From the human T2T-CHM13v2.0 reference genome, Homo sapiens, in NCBI RefSeq assembly GCF_009914755.1, contig NC_060945.1: a stretch of DNA of 64,000 nt; one strand, 5' to 3'. Shown here one piece after another: positions 1 to 13,182 of the stretch; position 1 is the first letter of the stretch; each line of letters begins with the position of its first letter. The translations under genes were made by a program, and so were the position numbers. The notes below the pieces were generated by a model, which saw only the letters and a program-made list of their open reading frames with translations, had not been told where the DNA came from and made no database searches.

Positions 1-270
1 ATAGTTTCCAAAGAAAAGCAGATTCTAATACCTGCAACATGTGACTACTGCCTTATATTGCAAAAGGAACTTTGCAGGTATGGTTAAATCAAGGATCTTG
101 AAATGAGGAGATTATTCTACATCATCTGGATGAGCCCTAAAAGTAATCACACTTGTCTTTAAAAAAGAGAGGCAGAGGGACATTTGACCAGAGACAGAAG
201 GCAATGTGACAACTGGAGCAGGATGCTATGCTACTGGCATGAAAGATAGAGAAAGGGCCAGATGCCACAA
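1..270 (+). mobile_element. MaLR LTR fragment (MLT1D-like), truncated by the following L1
   Basis: Motifs 'aaaggaactttgcaggtatggttaa', 'aaggatcttgaaatgaggagattattct' and 'agagaggcagagggacatttgac' resemble MLT1 LTRs. Confidence 0.75.
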
Positions 271-1621
271 AATCAGTTTTTACATGTAAAATACAGTGTT
301 ATCAACTACAGGGACAATATTGTACAGCAGATCTCTGGTACTTACTCATCTTGCCTAATTGAGAATTTATGCTCTTTGACTAGCAACTCCCTACAGCCCC
401 TTGCCCCCAGCCCCAGGTTACCACCATGTTACCCTCTAATTCTATGAGTTTGACTATTTTAGATACCTCATGTCAGGGGAATCATGCAATTTTAGTCGTT
501 CTATGACTGGCTTATTTCACTTAGCATCAGGTCCCCAGGATCATCCAAGGTGTTGCATATAGCAGGACTTTCTTTTTTAACCTTGAATAAATATTACATT
601 GTAAGTACGTACCATATTTTCTTTATTTGTTCATCTTAGAAGGATGTTTATTCATTTCTAATCTTGTTATTGCAAATAGTGATGCAATGAACATTGGAGT
701 GCTAACATCTCTTCTAGATTCTAATTCTTTTGGATAAATACTAGAAGTGGGAGTAGTGTACTATGTGATAGCTCTATTTTTAATATTTTGAGAACACTCC
801 TTACTCTTTTCCATAGCTGCTGCACTATTTGGCATTTCTCCAACAGTGCTCAAGAGATCCAACTTCTCCACATCCTCACCAACACCTGTTGTGTTTTGAT
901 TGTTGAAAACAGCCATATTAAAAAGTGTGAGGTGATATATCATTATGGCTTTGATTTGCATTTCTCTGATGATTACTGACAATGAACATCTTTTCTTTTA
1001 CCTGTTGGCCATTTGTATGTCTCAATGACTGTTTATTCAAGACTTTAGCCCATTTCTTAATGTGGTAGTTTTTTTACTATTAAGTTATAAAAGTTTCCTT
1101 ATATATTTTGGAAATTAATCATTTATGTAATAAATGGTTTACAAAGATTTTATTCCATTCCCTAGATTGCCTTTTCACTCTATTGATTATTTCCTTTGAT
1201 GTCAGAAACTTTCTAGTTCAATGTTGGCACTCTTGGGAATCAGTTATTATATAATTTTGCGTTTTAAATTTTTTATTTTAATTTTGTATTTTGCTTTTCT
1301 TGCCTGCTTTTGATGTCATATTCATGAATTTATTGCCAATACCAATGTCTTCAAGTTTTACAGTTTCAGGTCTGATACGTAAGTCTTTAATCCACTTTGA
1401 GTTGAATTTACATATGCTTTAATATAAAGGTCCAATTCTATTCTTTTGCCTGTGGATATCCAGTTGTGCCAGAGCCATTTGTTGAAGAAATTATCCTTTC
1501 TCAATTGTATGACCTTTGTCAAAGATAATTTGACCATATATGTGTGAATTTATTTTCGGGTTCTCTATTCTGTTCCATTTTTCTATGTGTTTGTCTTTAT
1601 GCCAGTAACATATTATTTTTA

Positions 1622-1780
1622 TTTTTTATTGATAGATGAAACTTTGTGTATTTACCATGTATAATGTATTGTTTTAAAGTATACATACAATGTTGAATAA
1701 CTAACTAGCTAATTAACATATGCATCCCTTCACATGGTTATCATTTTTGTGATGAGAACACTTTATATCCACTTTCTTAG
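1622..1780 (-). mobile_element. Short L1MA 3'-end fragment nested in the host L1
   Basis: T-tract followed by L1MA 3' UTR motif 'catttttgtgatgagaacactt', interrupting ORF2. Confidence 0.65.
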
Positions 1781-2637
1781 CTATTACTATAGCTTTGGAA
1801 TAAATTTTGAAATTAGGAAGTGTGATGCCTCTAAGTTTGTTCCTCTTGATCAAGATTGTTTTAGCTATTTGAGGTATTTTGTACTCCCATATAAATTTTA
1901 GAATTATTTTTTCTAATTCTATAAAAAATTCCATTGGGAATTTGATAGGGATTACATTGAATCTGTAGATTACTTTGGGCAGTATTGACATTTTAACAAT
2001 ATTAAGTCTTTCAATCTATGAACACAGGATATCTTCCATCTGCTTGTATCTTGTTTATTTCATCAACGTTTCGTAGTTTTCTGTGTACAAGTATTTTGCC
2101 TCCTTAATATGTTTTGCTTTTTGTTGCTTTATAAGTGGACTTGTTTTCCTAATTTTTTTCAGACAGATTGTTGTATAGAAACTCAACTGATTTTTGTATG
2201 TTGACTTGTATCCCACAATTTTACTGACGTTATTAGTCCTAATAGTTTTTTTAATGGAGTCTTTAGGGTTTTCTATGTATAAAAACTGTATCTGCAAACA
2301 AGAGACAATGCTAATTTTTCCTTTCTGATTTGAGTGCCACTTTTCTTTTCTTGCCTAATTTCTCAGGCTAGGAATTCCAGTACTATATTAAATAAAACAA
2401 CAAAAGTGACAAAAGAGGGCATCCTTGCTTTGTTCCAAATCATAGAAGAAAAACTTCCAAGTTTTCACCAGTAAGTATGATGTCAACTGTGGGCTCTTCA
2501 TCTATGGCCTTTATTATGTTGAGGTAAAGTCTTTCTATGCCTAGTTTGTTTAGAGCTTGTATCACTAAAATGTTGTTGAATTTTGTCAAACACTTTTTCC
2601 ACATCTATTAAAATGATATGTATATTATAGATTTTAT

Positions 2638-2872
2638 TCTGTTAGTTCATTCAGGCTGTTATAACAAATATTTTAGATTGGGTGGTTAATAAACAGAAAT
2701 TTACTTCTCACAGTTTTAGAGGATGAGATGTTCACAATTGAGGCACTGGCCTCTTGTATAAGAGCACTAATTCCAATCATCTCCCTAAGGCTCTACCTCC
2801 TAATGTCATCACATTGGTGATGAGGTATTAACGCGTGAATTTTGGGGTGACACAAACATTCAGACCATAGAA
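2638..2872 (-). mobile_element. MaLR LTR (MLT1A/MST-like, internally deleted) nested in L1
   Basis: 'caggctgttataacaaata...aacagaaatttacttctcacagt' and terminal 'gacacaaacattcagaccatag'. Confidence 0.8.
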
Positions 2873-3235
2873 GTGGCATAGTACATTAATTATTTTTGTA
2901 TGTTAAAACAATCGTGCATCTCAGAGAGCAATCCCACTTGGTCATGGTGTATAATCCTTTTAATGTGCTGTTGAATTCAGTTTGCTGGTACTTTGTTAAA
3001 AATTTTTACATCTTCAGGGATATTGACCTGTAGTTTTCTTTTTTTGTAGTATATTTGTCTGGATTTGGTATCAGGGTAATGTTGAGATCTCGTAAAAAAA
3101 CTTTTCCAGTTTTTTTAAAGAGTCTGAGAAAGGTTGATGTTAATTCTTCCTTATGTGTTTGGTAGAATTTACCAGTGAAGCCATCTGGTGCTGGGCTTTT
3201 CTTTATTAAGAAGTTTCTGGACAATGATCCAATCG

Positions 3236-3866
3236 TATATAAATATATATAGATATAGATAGACATAATTTATAAATAATATAATTTATATTATATTATA
3301 TATAATTATATATTTATATATCATATATTATATATCATTTATATATCATTTAAGTATATCATCTATATATAATATATGATATATATCATTTATATAATAT
3401 ATCATAGAAATATATATATCATTATATAAATATATATAATTTATATAATGATATATAATAACGTTATATTTATATAATGATATATATTTATATATAAATA
3501 TATATAATGATATATACATATATAACATCTAATACATTAATATATTATATATCATTGATATGTCATTAATATATCAGATGATACATCATTAATATATCAT
3601 TAATATATTAGATATTGATATATCACTATATTAGATATCATTGTTGATATATCACTATAATATAGTAATATATTAGATATTATTTGTATTATATACAATA
3701 TATAAAAATATATTACATAAAATTAATATATTAAAATTACATAAAATACATTATATATAGCATACATAACAAAATATATGCTATATATTATATAGTATAT
3801 TTATGTATATTTATTTATACTGATATATGTGTATATATATTGGTATGTGTACATATATATATGTAT
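3236..3866. repeat. TA-rich low-complexity tract inside L1
   Basis: About 630 bp almost entirely of degenerate TA/TATAA/TATCAT units. Confidence 0.95.
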
Positions 3867-5100
3867 AGGTACGTTCTTTGGGATCAGTTGAGACACGTCT
3901 TCTTTCATTTCTGATTTTACTTATTTAACTATTCTATCTTCTTTTTTAGTCTAGCTAAAGGTTGTCAATTTTGTCTGTCTTTAAAATATACCAACACTTA
4001 GGTTTGCTGACTTTTTGTATTGTTTTCTATTATCTATTGTGCTTATTTCTCTTCTAAACTGTACAATATCCTTTCTTCTGCTAACTTTAGGCTTAGGTTG
4101 CTCTTCATTTTACTTTTTCACCTATTTTACTCCTTTGAGGTGTAAGGTTAGGTTATTTATTGAAGATCTTTCTTCGTTTTTAATGTAGGCATTTATTACC
4201 ATAAACCTCCTTCTTAGAACTGCTTTTGCTGCATCTTAGAAATGTTTAGTATGTTGTATTTTTATTTTTGTTTGTCTCAAAATATTTTCTAACTTCCCTT
4301 TTGATTTTTTTCTTTTACCCATTGGTTGTTGAGAAGTAAGTGTTTTTAAATTTCCATATATTTGTGAATTTTCCAGTGTTTCTTCTGCTCTTGACTTCTA
4401 GTTTCATTTCATTGTGGTCATAAAAGATACTTAGTATAATTTCAATCTTCTTAAATTTGTTAGCATTCATTTTGTGACCTAGCCCGTGCTCAATCCTAAA
4501 GAAATATTCATGTACACATGAGAAGACTTTCTATTCTGCTTCTCTTGGGTTGGATGTTCTACATATATCTGTTAAGTCCATTTAGTCTATAGTGTTATTC
4601 AAGTCCTCTGTTTACTTATTGATATTCTGTCTGGATGTCTGTCCATTATTGAAAGTGTGGCACTGAAGTCTCCTACTATTATTGCATAGCTATTTCTACC
4701 CTCAGCTTTGTCATAAATATACAAAGCTCATCTGCTGTATATATTTAGATGCTCTAATGTTGGAGGTGTATGTACTTATAATCATTGTATCTTCCTGGGA
4801 AATTGATTGTTTTATCATTACAAAACATCTTTTTTATGTTTAGTGAAAGTTTTTGACTTAAAAATCTATTTTGCCTGATGCAAGTGTATCCACCTTTGTT
4901 GTATTTTGGTTGCCACTTCAACCAAATTTGCCACATCAAATATCTTTTTCCATCCCTTCACTTGTAGCTATATGTGTCCTTAAATCTAATGTCAGTTTCA
5001 TGTGGATACAGTATAGTTGGATGACTTTTTAGTCCATTCAGCCACTCTAAGCCTTTTGATTGGGACATTTAATCATTTAAACTTTAAAAGTTTAAATTAA

Positions 5101-5518
<418 letters not shown>

Positions 5519-5746
5519 TCTTTTTGTCTCTTGCTCCTTTCATTTGTGTTTCATTGATTTTTTTTTATTGATATGCCTTTATTTCTTATTTTTATCTTGT
5601 GCTATAGGCATTTTATTGTGGTTACCATGGGACCTACATAAAATATCTTACAGTTTTAACAGTATTTTTTTAAAAAAATAACAATTTAACTTCAAGCATA
5701 TGCAAAAACTTTTTTCTTTCCCCACACTCAGTTATTGATTTCCTAA

Positions 5747-6193
<447 letters not shown>

Positions 6194-6757
6194 TATACAT
6201 TGATCTTTACAAGTAAGTTTCATACTCTTTATGCCATTCTGTTACTGGTTAGTATCCTTCCCTTTTGACTTGAAGAACTCCCATTAGCATTTCTTGAGAG
6301 GCAAATTGAATGGTGATGAGCTTCCTCAGTTTTTGTTAGTCTGGAAAAATTCTTATTCTTCTTTATTTTTGAAGGACATTTTTACCAGCTATGGTATATT
6401 TGGTTCATAGTCATTCATTTGTTTGTTTCTTTTAGCACTTTCAATAAATTGTCCTACTCCCATCTAACTTGCAAAGTTTCTGCTGAGAAAATTACCTTAT
6501 AGTCTTGAGGAGGTTCGCTTATATGAGACAAGACATTTTTCTCTTGCTACTTTCAAAATTCTCTTTGGCTTTCGACAATTTGATTACAAAGTGGCTACGT
6601 ATAGATTTCTTTGGGTTTATTCTTTTGGGCTTGGGTTGAGGAGGCAGATTTCTGGTCTATATATTCATTTCCTAACCCAGATTTGGCAAATTTTTAGCAT
6701 TAACTTTTAAAATATGCTTTCAGTATTCTTTTTTCCTCCTTCTAAGATCCCCATTTT

Positions 6758-7020
6758 ATATATATATATACACACACACATATATATATACACATATATA
6801 CACATATATATACACATATATACACATATATATACACATATATACACACATATATACATATATACACATATATATACATATATACACATATATACACATA
6901 TATATATACATATATACACATATATCCATATATGTGTATATATGTATATATATATCCATATATATGTGTGTGTATATATATGTGTATATATATCCATATA
7001 TATGTGTGTGTGTATATATA

Positions 7021-7103
<83 letters not shown>
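6758..7103. repeat. Compound (TA)n/(TACA)n/(TGTA)n microsatellite
   Basis: Directly visible. It is the source of the Y/I/H/C/V-rich spurious ORFs. Confidence 0.97.
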
Positions 7104-7105
<2 letters not shown>

Positions 7106-9529
7106 ACTTGGTGGTGTCCCATAAGTTCCTTAATCTTTCTTCACTCTTGTTTTCTTCGGTTTTCTTTCTGCTTCTATGACTGAATAATTTTTATAACCAG
7201 GCTCTGACTTTACTAACGCTCTCTTCTATTTGATCTAGTCTACAGTTGAACTTCATTAGTAAATTGTTCAGTTCAGTTATTATATTCTTTAGTCCCATGA
7301 TTTCTGTTTGGTACGTTTTTAATATTTCCTGTCTCTTTGTTGAAATTCTCACATTGTTTATGCATTATTCTCCACACCTCAGTGAGAAATTTTAAGATGC
7401 TTATTTTGCATTATTTGCTAGATAAATTATATAACTCCATTTAATTCAGGTAGGTTTCTAGAGATTTGTCTTCCTTCTTTGACTGGAACATCATTGCCTA
7501 GTTCTCTATTTCTCTTTCCTCTCTGTGTTGCTGTCTAAATATTACATAAAATAGTCACTTCTTCCACTCTTCAAAGACTAGCCTTGTCTAGGAGAAGTTC
7601 TCACTAATCAGCCTGGCCAGAGATTCTGAAGACCTCTCGAACTGTAAGTTTTCTCAACCCACTTTCTTTATTATACTCACCCCCCAACCACCACAGGCAT
7701 CTAGAATATGCCAGATGCCATCAATACTCCAAGACAAGAAAAATAAAACCAGTTCTTCAGGAAGTCCCTGAAAAGGTTGGATTATTGGGTGCTCTAAGTC
7801 AACTCTTTCAATCCCCAAAGAGGAGCTGGGAGCTGGGATTTTTATCTGCTCACTCTGATCTGTGCAGTCAGGTGAGCAGCTGTAGTGACTAGTTGTGTGC
7901 TAAAAACCCTATGCCTGCTTTGCTCATGTTCTTATCAACTATCCTTCATCACAAAGATACATTAATGGTACTGTAGGTGTCAGTTTACATGACTGGTTTT
8001 TTTTTTCCTTCTTAGTTGTCAATTTTTGTGAGTATATAGCAGGTATATATATTTATGGGGTACATGAGATATTTTGATATAGGAATACATGCTTAATAAC
8101 CACATCAAGACAAGTGATATTCATCACCCCAAACATTTATCCTTTGTGTTATAAATAATCCAGCTATACACTTTTAGTTATTTTAAAATAGAAAATTAAA
8201 TTATTATTGCCTTTAGTCACCCTCTTGCACTATGAAATACAAGGTCTTATTTATACTTCCTAACTATTTTTTGTACCCATTAACCATACCTACTTTTATT
8301 CCATCACCAATCACTACCCTTCCCAGCCACTGGTAACCATCCTTCCACTCTCTATACCCATGAGTACAATTCTTTTAATTTCTAGCTCCCATAAATACAT
8401 GAGAACACGCAAAATTTGACTTTCTGTGCCTGGCTTATTTCACTTGACGTAATGACTTCCAAGTCATTATGTTAATGACATGTGCCATTCATGCTGCTGC
8501 AAATGACAGGATCTTATTTGTTTTAATAGCTGAATAGTACTCCTTTGTATATATGTACCACATTTTCCTTATTTATTCATCTGCTGAGGGACACTTAGTT
8601 TGCTTCCAAATCATGGTTACTGTGAATAGTGCTATAATAAACATGGGAGTGCAGATATCTATTCAATCTGTTAATTTCATTTCTTTTGGATATATACCTA
8701 GCTGTGGGATTGTGGGATCATACAGTAGCTCTATTTTTACTTTTTTGAGGAAACTTCAAACCGTTCCAGTAGTGGTTGTACTAATTTACATTCCCACTAA
8801 CTATGTACAAGGTCTCCACCTTCTTACTAGCATTTGTTTCTGCCCATTTTTTTTTTTTTTTGGATAAAAGCCATTTTTACTGGATGAGATGATATCTCAC
8901 TGTAGTTTTGAGATTTGCATTTCTCTGATGATCAATGATGTTGAGCACCTTTTCATTCACCTGATTTTTATTTGTACATATTCTTTTGTAAATGCCTATT
9001 CAGATCTTTTGTCCATATTTTAATCAGATTATTAATTTTTTCCTATAGAGTTGTTTGAGCTATTTATGTATTCTGGTAACTAACAATTGGACAGATGGAT
9101 AGTTTACAGATATTTTCTACCATGCGATGGGGTTATCTCTTCACTTTATTGACTGTATCTATTGCTGTGGAGAAGCTTTTTAATTTGATGTTATGCCATT
9201 TGTCTATTTTTGCTTTGCAAACTGTTTGTGGGGCATTACTCAAAATCTTTACTTAGCGCAATGTCCTGGAGAGTTTCTCAAATGTTTTCTTGTAGTCGTT
9301 TCATAGATTGAGGTCTGAAATTTAAGTGTTTAATCCATTTTGATTTGATTTTTTTATATGGCAAGAGATAGAGGTCTAGTTTCATTCTTCTGCATATGGA
9401 TATCCAGATTTCCCAGCACCATTTATTGATGAGACATTTATTTTTCCATTGTATGTTCTTGGTGTCTTTTTTTAAAATGAGTTTGTTTTGGGTTCTCTAT
9501 TCTGTTCTATTTGTCTACGTGTCTGTCTT

Positions 9530-9844
9530 TGTTTATTCGTTTGTTTGTTTGTCTGTTTTTGGAGACAGAGTCTTGCTCTGTTACCCAGCCTAGAGTGCAA
9601 TGGCAAAATCTCAACTAGCTGCAAACTCTGCATCCAAAGTTCAAGCAATTCTTGTGCCTCAGCCTTACAAGTAGCTGGGTTTACAGGCATGTGCCACCAA
9701 ACCTGGCTAATTTTTGTATTTTAGTAGAGACGGGGTTTCACCACGTCGGCCAGACTGGTCTCGAACTGTTGGCCTCAAGTGATCCACCAGCCCTGGGCTC
9801 CCAAATTCTTGGGATAACAGTAGGCATGAGCCACTGCACTGGGT
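9530..9844 (-). mobile_element. Old Alu (AluJ/Sx) nested in L1
   Basis: Diverged antisense Alu dimer with a (TTTG)n tail. Confidence 0.9.
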
Positions 9845-12370
9845 CTATGTGTCTGTCTTCATGCCAATATTAATGCTGTTTTGGTCACTATAACTCTAAT
9901 ATTATTTGATGTCAGGTAATAGGATTCCTCTAGTTTTGTTCTGCCTGCTCAGAATAGCTTTGGCTATTCTGAGTCTTTTGTGGTTCCATATAAATTTTAG
10001 GATTATTTTTTCTATTTCTGTGAAGAATGTCATTGGTATTTTGAAAGGGATTGCATTGAATCTGTAGATTGCTTTGGGTAATATGGACTTTCTAACAATA
10101 TTGATTCTTGAAATTCATGAACATAGAATATCTTTCCATTTTTGTGTGTTACTTTTTTATTTCTTTTTCAGATTAATCACTTTTGGCATATAAAAATACT
10201 ACTAATATCTGTATATTGATGTTGTATCCCATGATTTACTGAATTTATTAGTTCTCATCATTTTTTATTTGCTGCAGTCTTTATTTTTTCCAAATATAAG
10301 ATTATATATGCATATAAGGATAATTTGACTCCTTCCTTTCCAATTTGGACGCTCATTATTTCTTTATCTTGTCTGATTGCTCTAGCTAGAACTTCCAGTA
10401 CTATGCTGAATAACAGCAGTGAAACTGGGCATCCTTGTCATGTTCTCAATCTTAGAGAAAAGGTTTTCAGTTTTTCCCCATTCAGTATGATACTAGCTGT
10501 GGATCTGTCATATATGGCTTTTATTATGTTGAGATATGTCCTTTCTATACTGTTTTTTTAGGGTTTTTATTATGAAGGGATGTTGAATTATATCAAATGC
10601 TTCTCCAGCATTAGTTGAAATTATCATATTGTTTTTGTCTTATTCTGTTGATATATCAAATTGGTTGATTTGCATATATTGGACCATCCTTGCACCTCTG
10701 AGATAAATCCCACTTGGCCATGATAAATCATCTTTTTGATGTGTTATTGAGTTCAGTTTGCTAGTGTTTTGTGAAGCATTTGTGAATCAAGATTCATCAG
10801 GGATATTGGCCTGTAGTTTTGTTTTTTTTTTTAAATGGGTCTGTCTGGTTTTGGTATCAAAGTAATTCTGGGCTCATAAAATGAGTTTGAAAATATTCCC
10901 TCTTCTTCTGTTATTCTAAATAGTTTGAGTAGTATTGGTATTCTTTAAATGTTAGGTAAAATTCAGCAATGAAGTCATTATATCTCAGGCTTGTCTTTCC
11001 TGGGAGATGTTTTATTATCATTTTGATCTCATCACTTATTATTGGTCTGTTCAGATTGTAAATTTCTTCACGGTTCAATGTTGGTAGACTGTATGTGTCT
11101 AAAAATTTATCCATTCCTTCTAGATATTCCAATTTATGGGTATATAGTGCTCAAAGCAGCCTCTAATAATCCTTTAAATTTCTGTACTATTGGTTGTAAT
11201 GTCTCCTTTTTCATCTCTAATTTTATTTGGGTCTTCTCTCTTTATCTTAGTCTGGCTAAAGGTTTGTCAATTTTGTTTAACTTTTCAGAAAACCAACTTT
11301 GATTCATTTTATTAATCTTTTGTATTGTTTTCTTCATTTCTTCATTTTAATTTCATTTATTTATGTTCTGATCTTTACTGTTTCTTTTCTACTACTAATG
11401 TTGGGTTTGGTCAGCTATGGCTTTTCTAGCTTTTTAAGATGCATAATTAGGATGTTTAAAGTTTTTCTGCTTTTTTATGTAGGCCCTTATAGCTATAAAC
11501 TTTCCTCTTAGTATTGCTTTAACTGCATACCATAGGTTTTAGCATGCTGTGTTTCAATTATTGTTTGTTTGTAAAAATGTTTCAATTTCCTCCTTAATTT
11601 CTTCACTGAACCACAGGTCATTCGGGAGCATAATGTTTAATTTCCACGTATTTGTATAGTTTCTAAAATTCCTCTTGTTATTGATTTACTATTTTTATTA
11701 TTTATTACTTTTTATTTCATTTGGTCAGAGAAGGTATTTGATTTTTTTTTAATTTTTAAAGACTTAATTTTTTTGGCCTAATATATAGTCTATCATTGAA
11801 AATGCTCCATGTGCCAAGGAGAAGAATGTGCATTCTGCAGCTGTTGGATGATATTTTCTGTAAATATTTATTAGGTCCATTTGGTCTGCAGTGTGGATTA
11901 AGTGCAAATTTCTTTGTTGATTTTCAGTCTCGATGATCTGTGCAATGTGAAAGTTGAGTGTTGAAGTCTTTAGCTATTATTATGTTAAGGTTGATCACTC
12001 TCTTTAGCTCTGACAATACTTGCTTCATATATCTAGGTGTTCCTGTGTTGGCTGCATATACATTTACAATTATTGTATCCTCTTGGTAATTTTATCCTGT
12101 TGTCATTATATAATGGTCTTCTTTGTATTTTTTTACAGTTTTTGTCTTAAAATCTATTTTATCTGATATAAAATAGATTTATATCTGATAAATTTATATC
12201 TATTTTATCTGATATAAAAAATCTATTTTATCTGATATAAAATTATATCTGACTTGCTCTTTCGTAGTTCCCATTGGCATGGAATATATTTTTCCATCTC
12301 TTTATTTTCAGTCTACTTGTGTCTTTACAGGTGAAGTGCATTTCTTCTAGACTATAGATCATTGGGTCTT

Positions 12371-12679
12371 GTTTTCTTTTTTCTTTTCTGTTCTTTTTTT
12401 TTAAGACAGAGTCTCCCTCTGTCACCTCAGCTGGAGTGCACAGCATGATCTCAGCTCACTGCAACCTCCACCTCCTGAGCTCTAAGCAATTCTCCTGCCT
12501 CAGCCTCCAGAGTAGCTGGGACTAAAGGCACCCCCACGCCTGGCTAATTTTGTATTTTTAGTAGAGACGGGGTTTCATCATGTTGGCCAGGGTGGTCTCA
12601 AACTCCTGACCTCAGGAAATCCACATGCCTCGGCCTCCCAAAGTACAGGGACTACATGCGTGAGCCACAACACCTGGGC
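12371..12679 (-). mobile_element. Alu (AluS) nested in L1
   Basis: Antisense Alu dimer. Confidence 0.93.
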
Positions 12680-13182
12680 TTGTTTTCTTATCCATGAGTC
12701 TATGTCTTTTAATTGAAGAGTTTAGTTCATTTATATTTAATGTTATTCTTGATAAGTAAAGTCTTACTCCTGTAAGACTTCTTTTGTTTTGTTTTGTTGT
12801 TGATTTTCTGGGTGTTTTTTTGTGTGTTCTCTTCTTTCTGATTTTTCTTCCTGTTTTCCTTTTAGTAGAAGTGATTTTCTCCAGCAGACTATTTTAATTT
12901 CTTGTTCATTATTTTTTGTTCATCTGTTGTGTGTTATTTGATTTGCAGTTACCATAGAGCTTGCAAATAAAATTGTATAACTTATTATTTTAAACTGATA
13001 ACAGCTTAACACTGATGGCATAAATCAACAAATGAAATAACAAACAAGCAAAATACTAATGAAAATTCTATAAATTTAACTTCATCCTCCTACTTTTTTG
13101 TGATGGATATTTATGATGGGTTTTATCATATAATTTCTATATTTTTATTAAAATTTTAATTTCCATGATTAGTTTTTTTATT

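Larger units (their letters stand above)
7997..13100 (-). mobile_element. LINE-1 (L1MA2/3-like), 3' UTR plus degenerate ORF2, 5'-truncated
   Basis: Poly-T then 'tatttatggggtacatgagatattttgat'. ORF2 remnants include MDKFLDTYSLPTLNREEI and RLKIKRWKNIFHANGN. Confidence 0.9.

Noticed and set aside
6707-7183. Six overlapping ORFs of 67-136 aa
   Set aside because: Translations of a TA/CA microsatellite that lacks stop codons.
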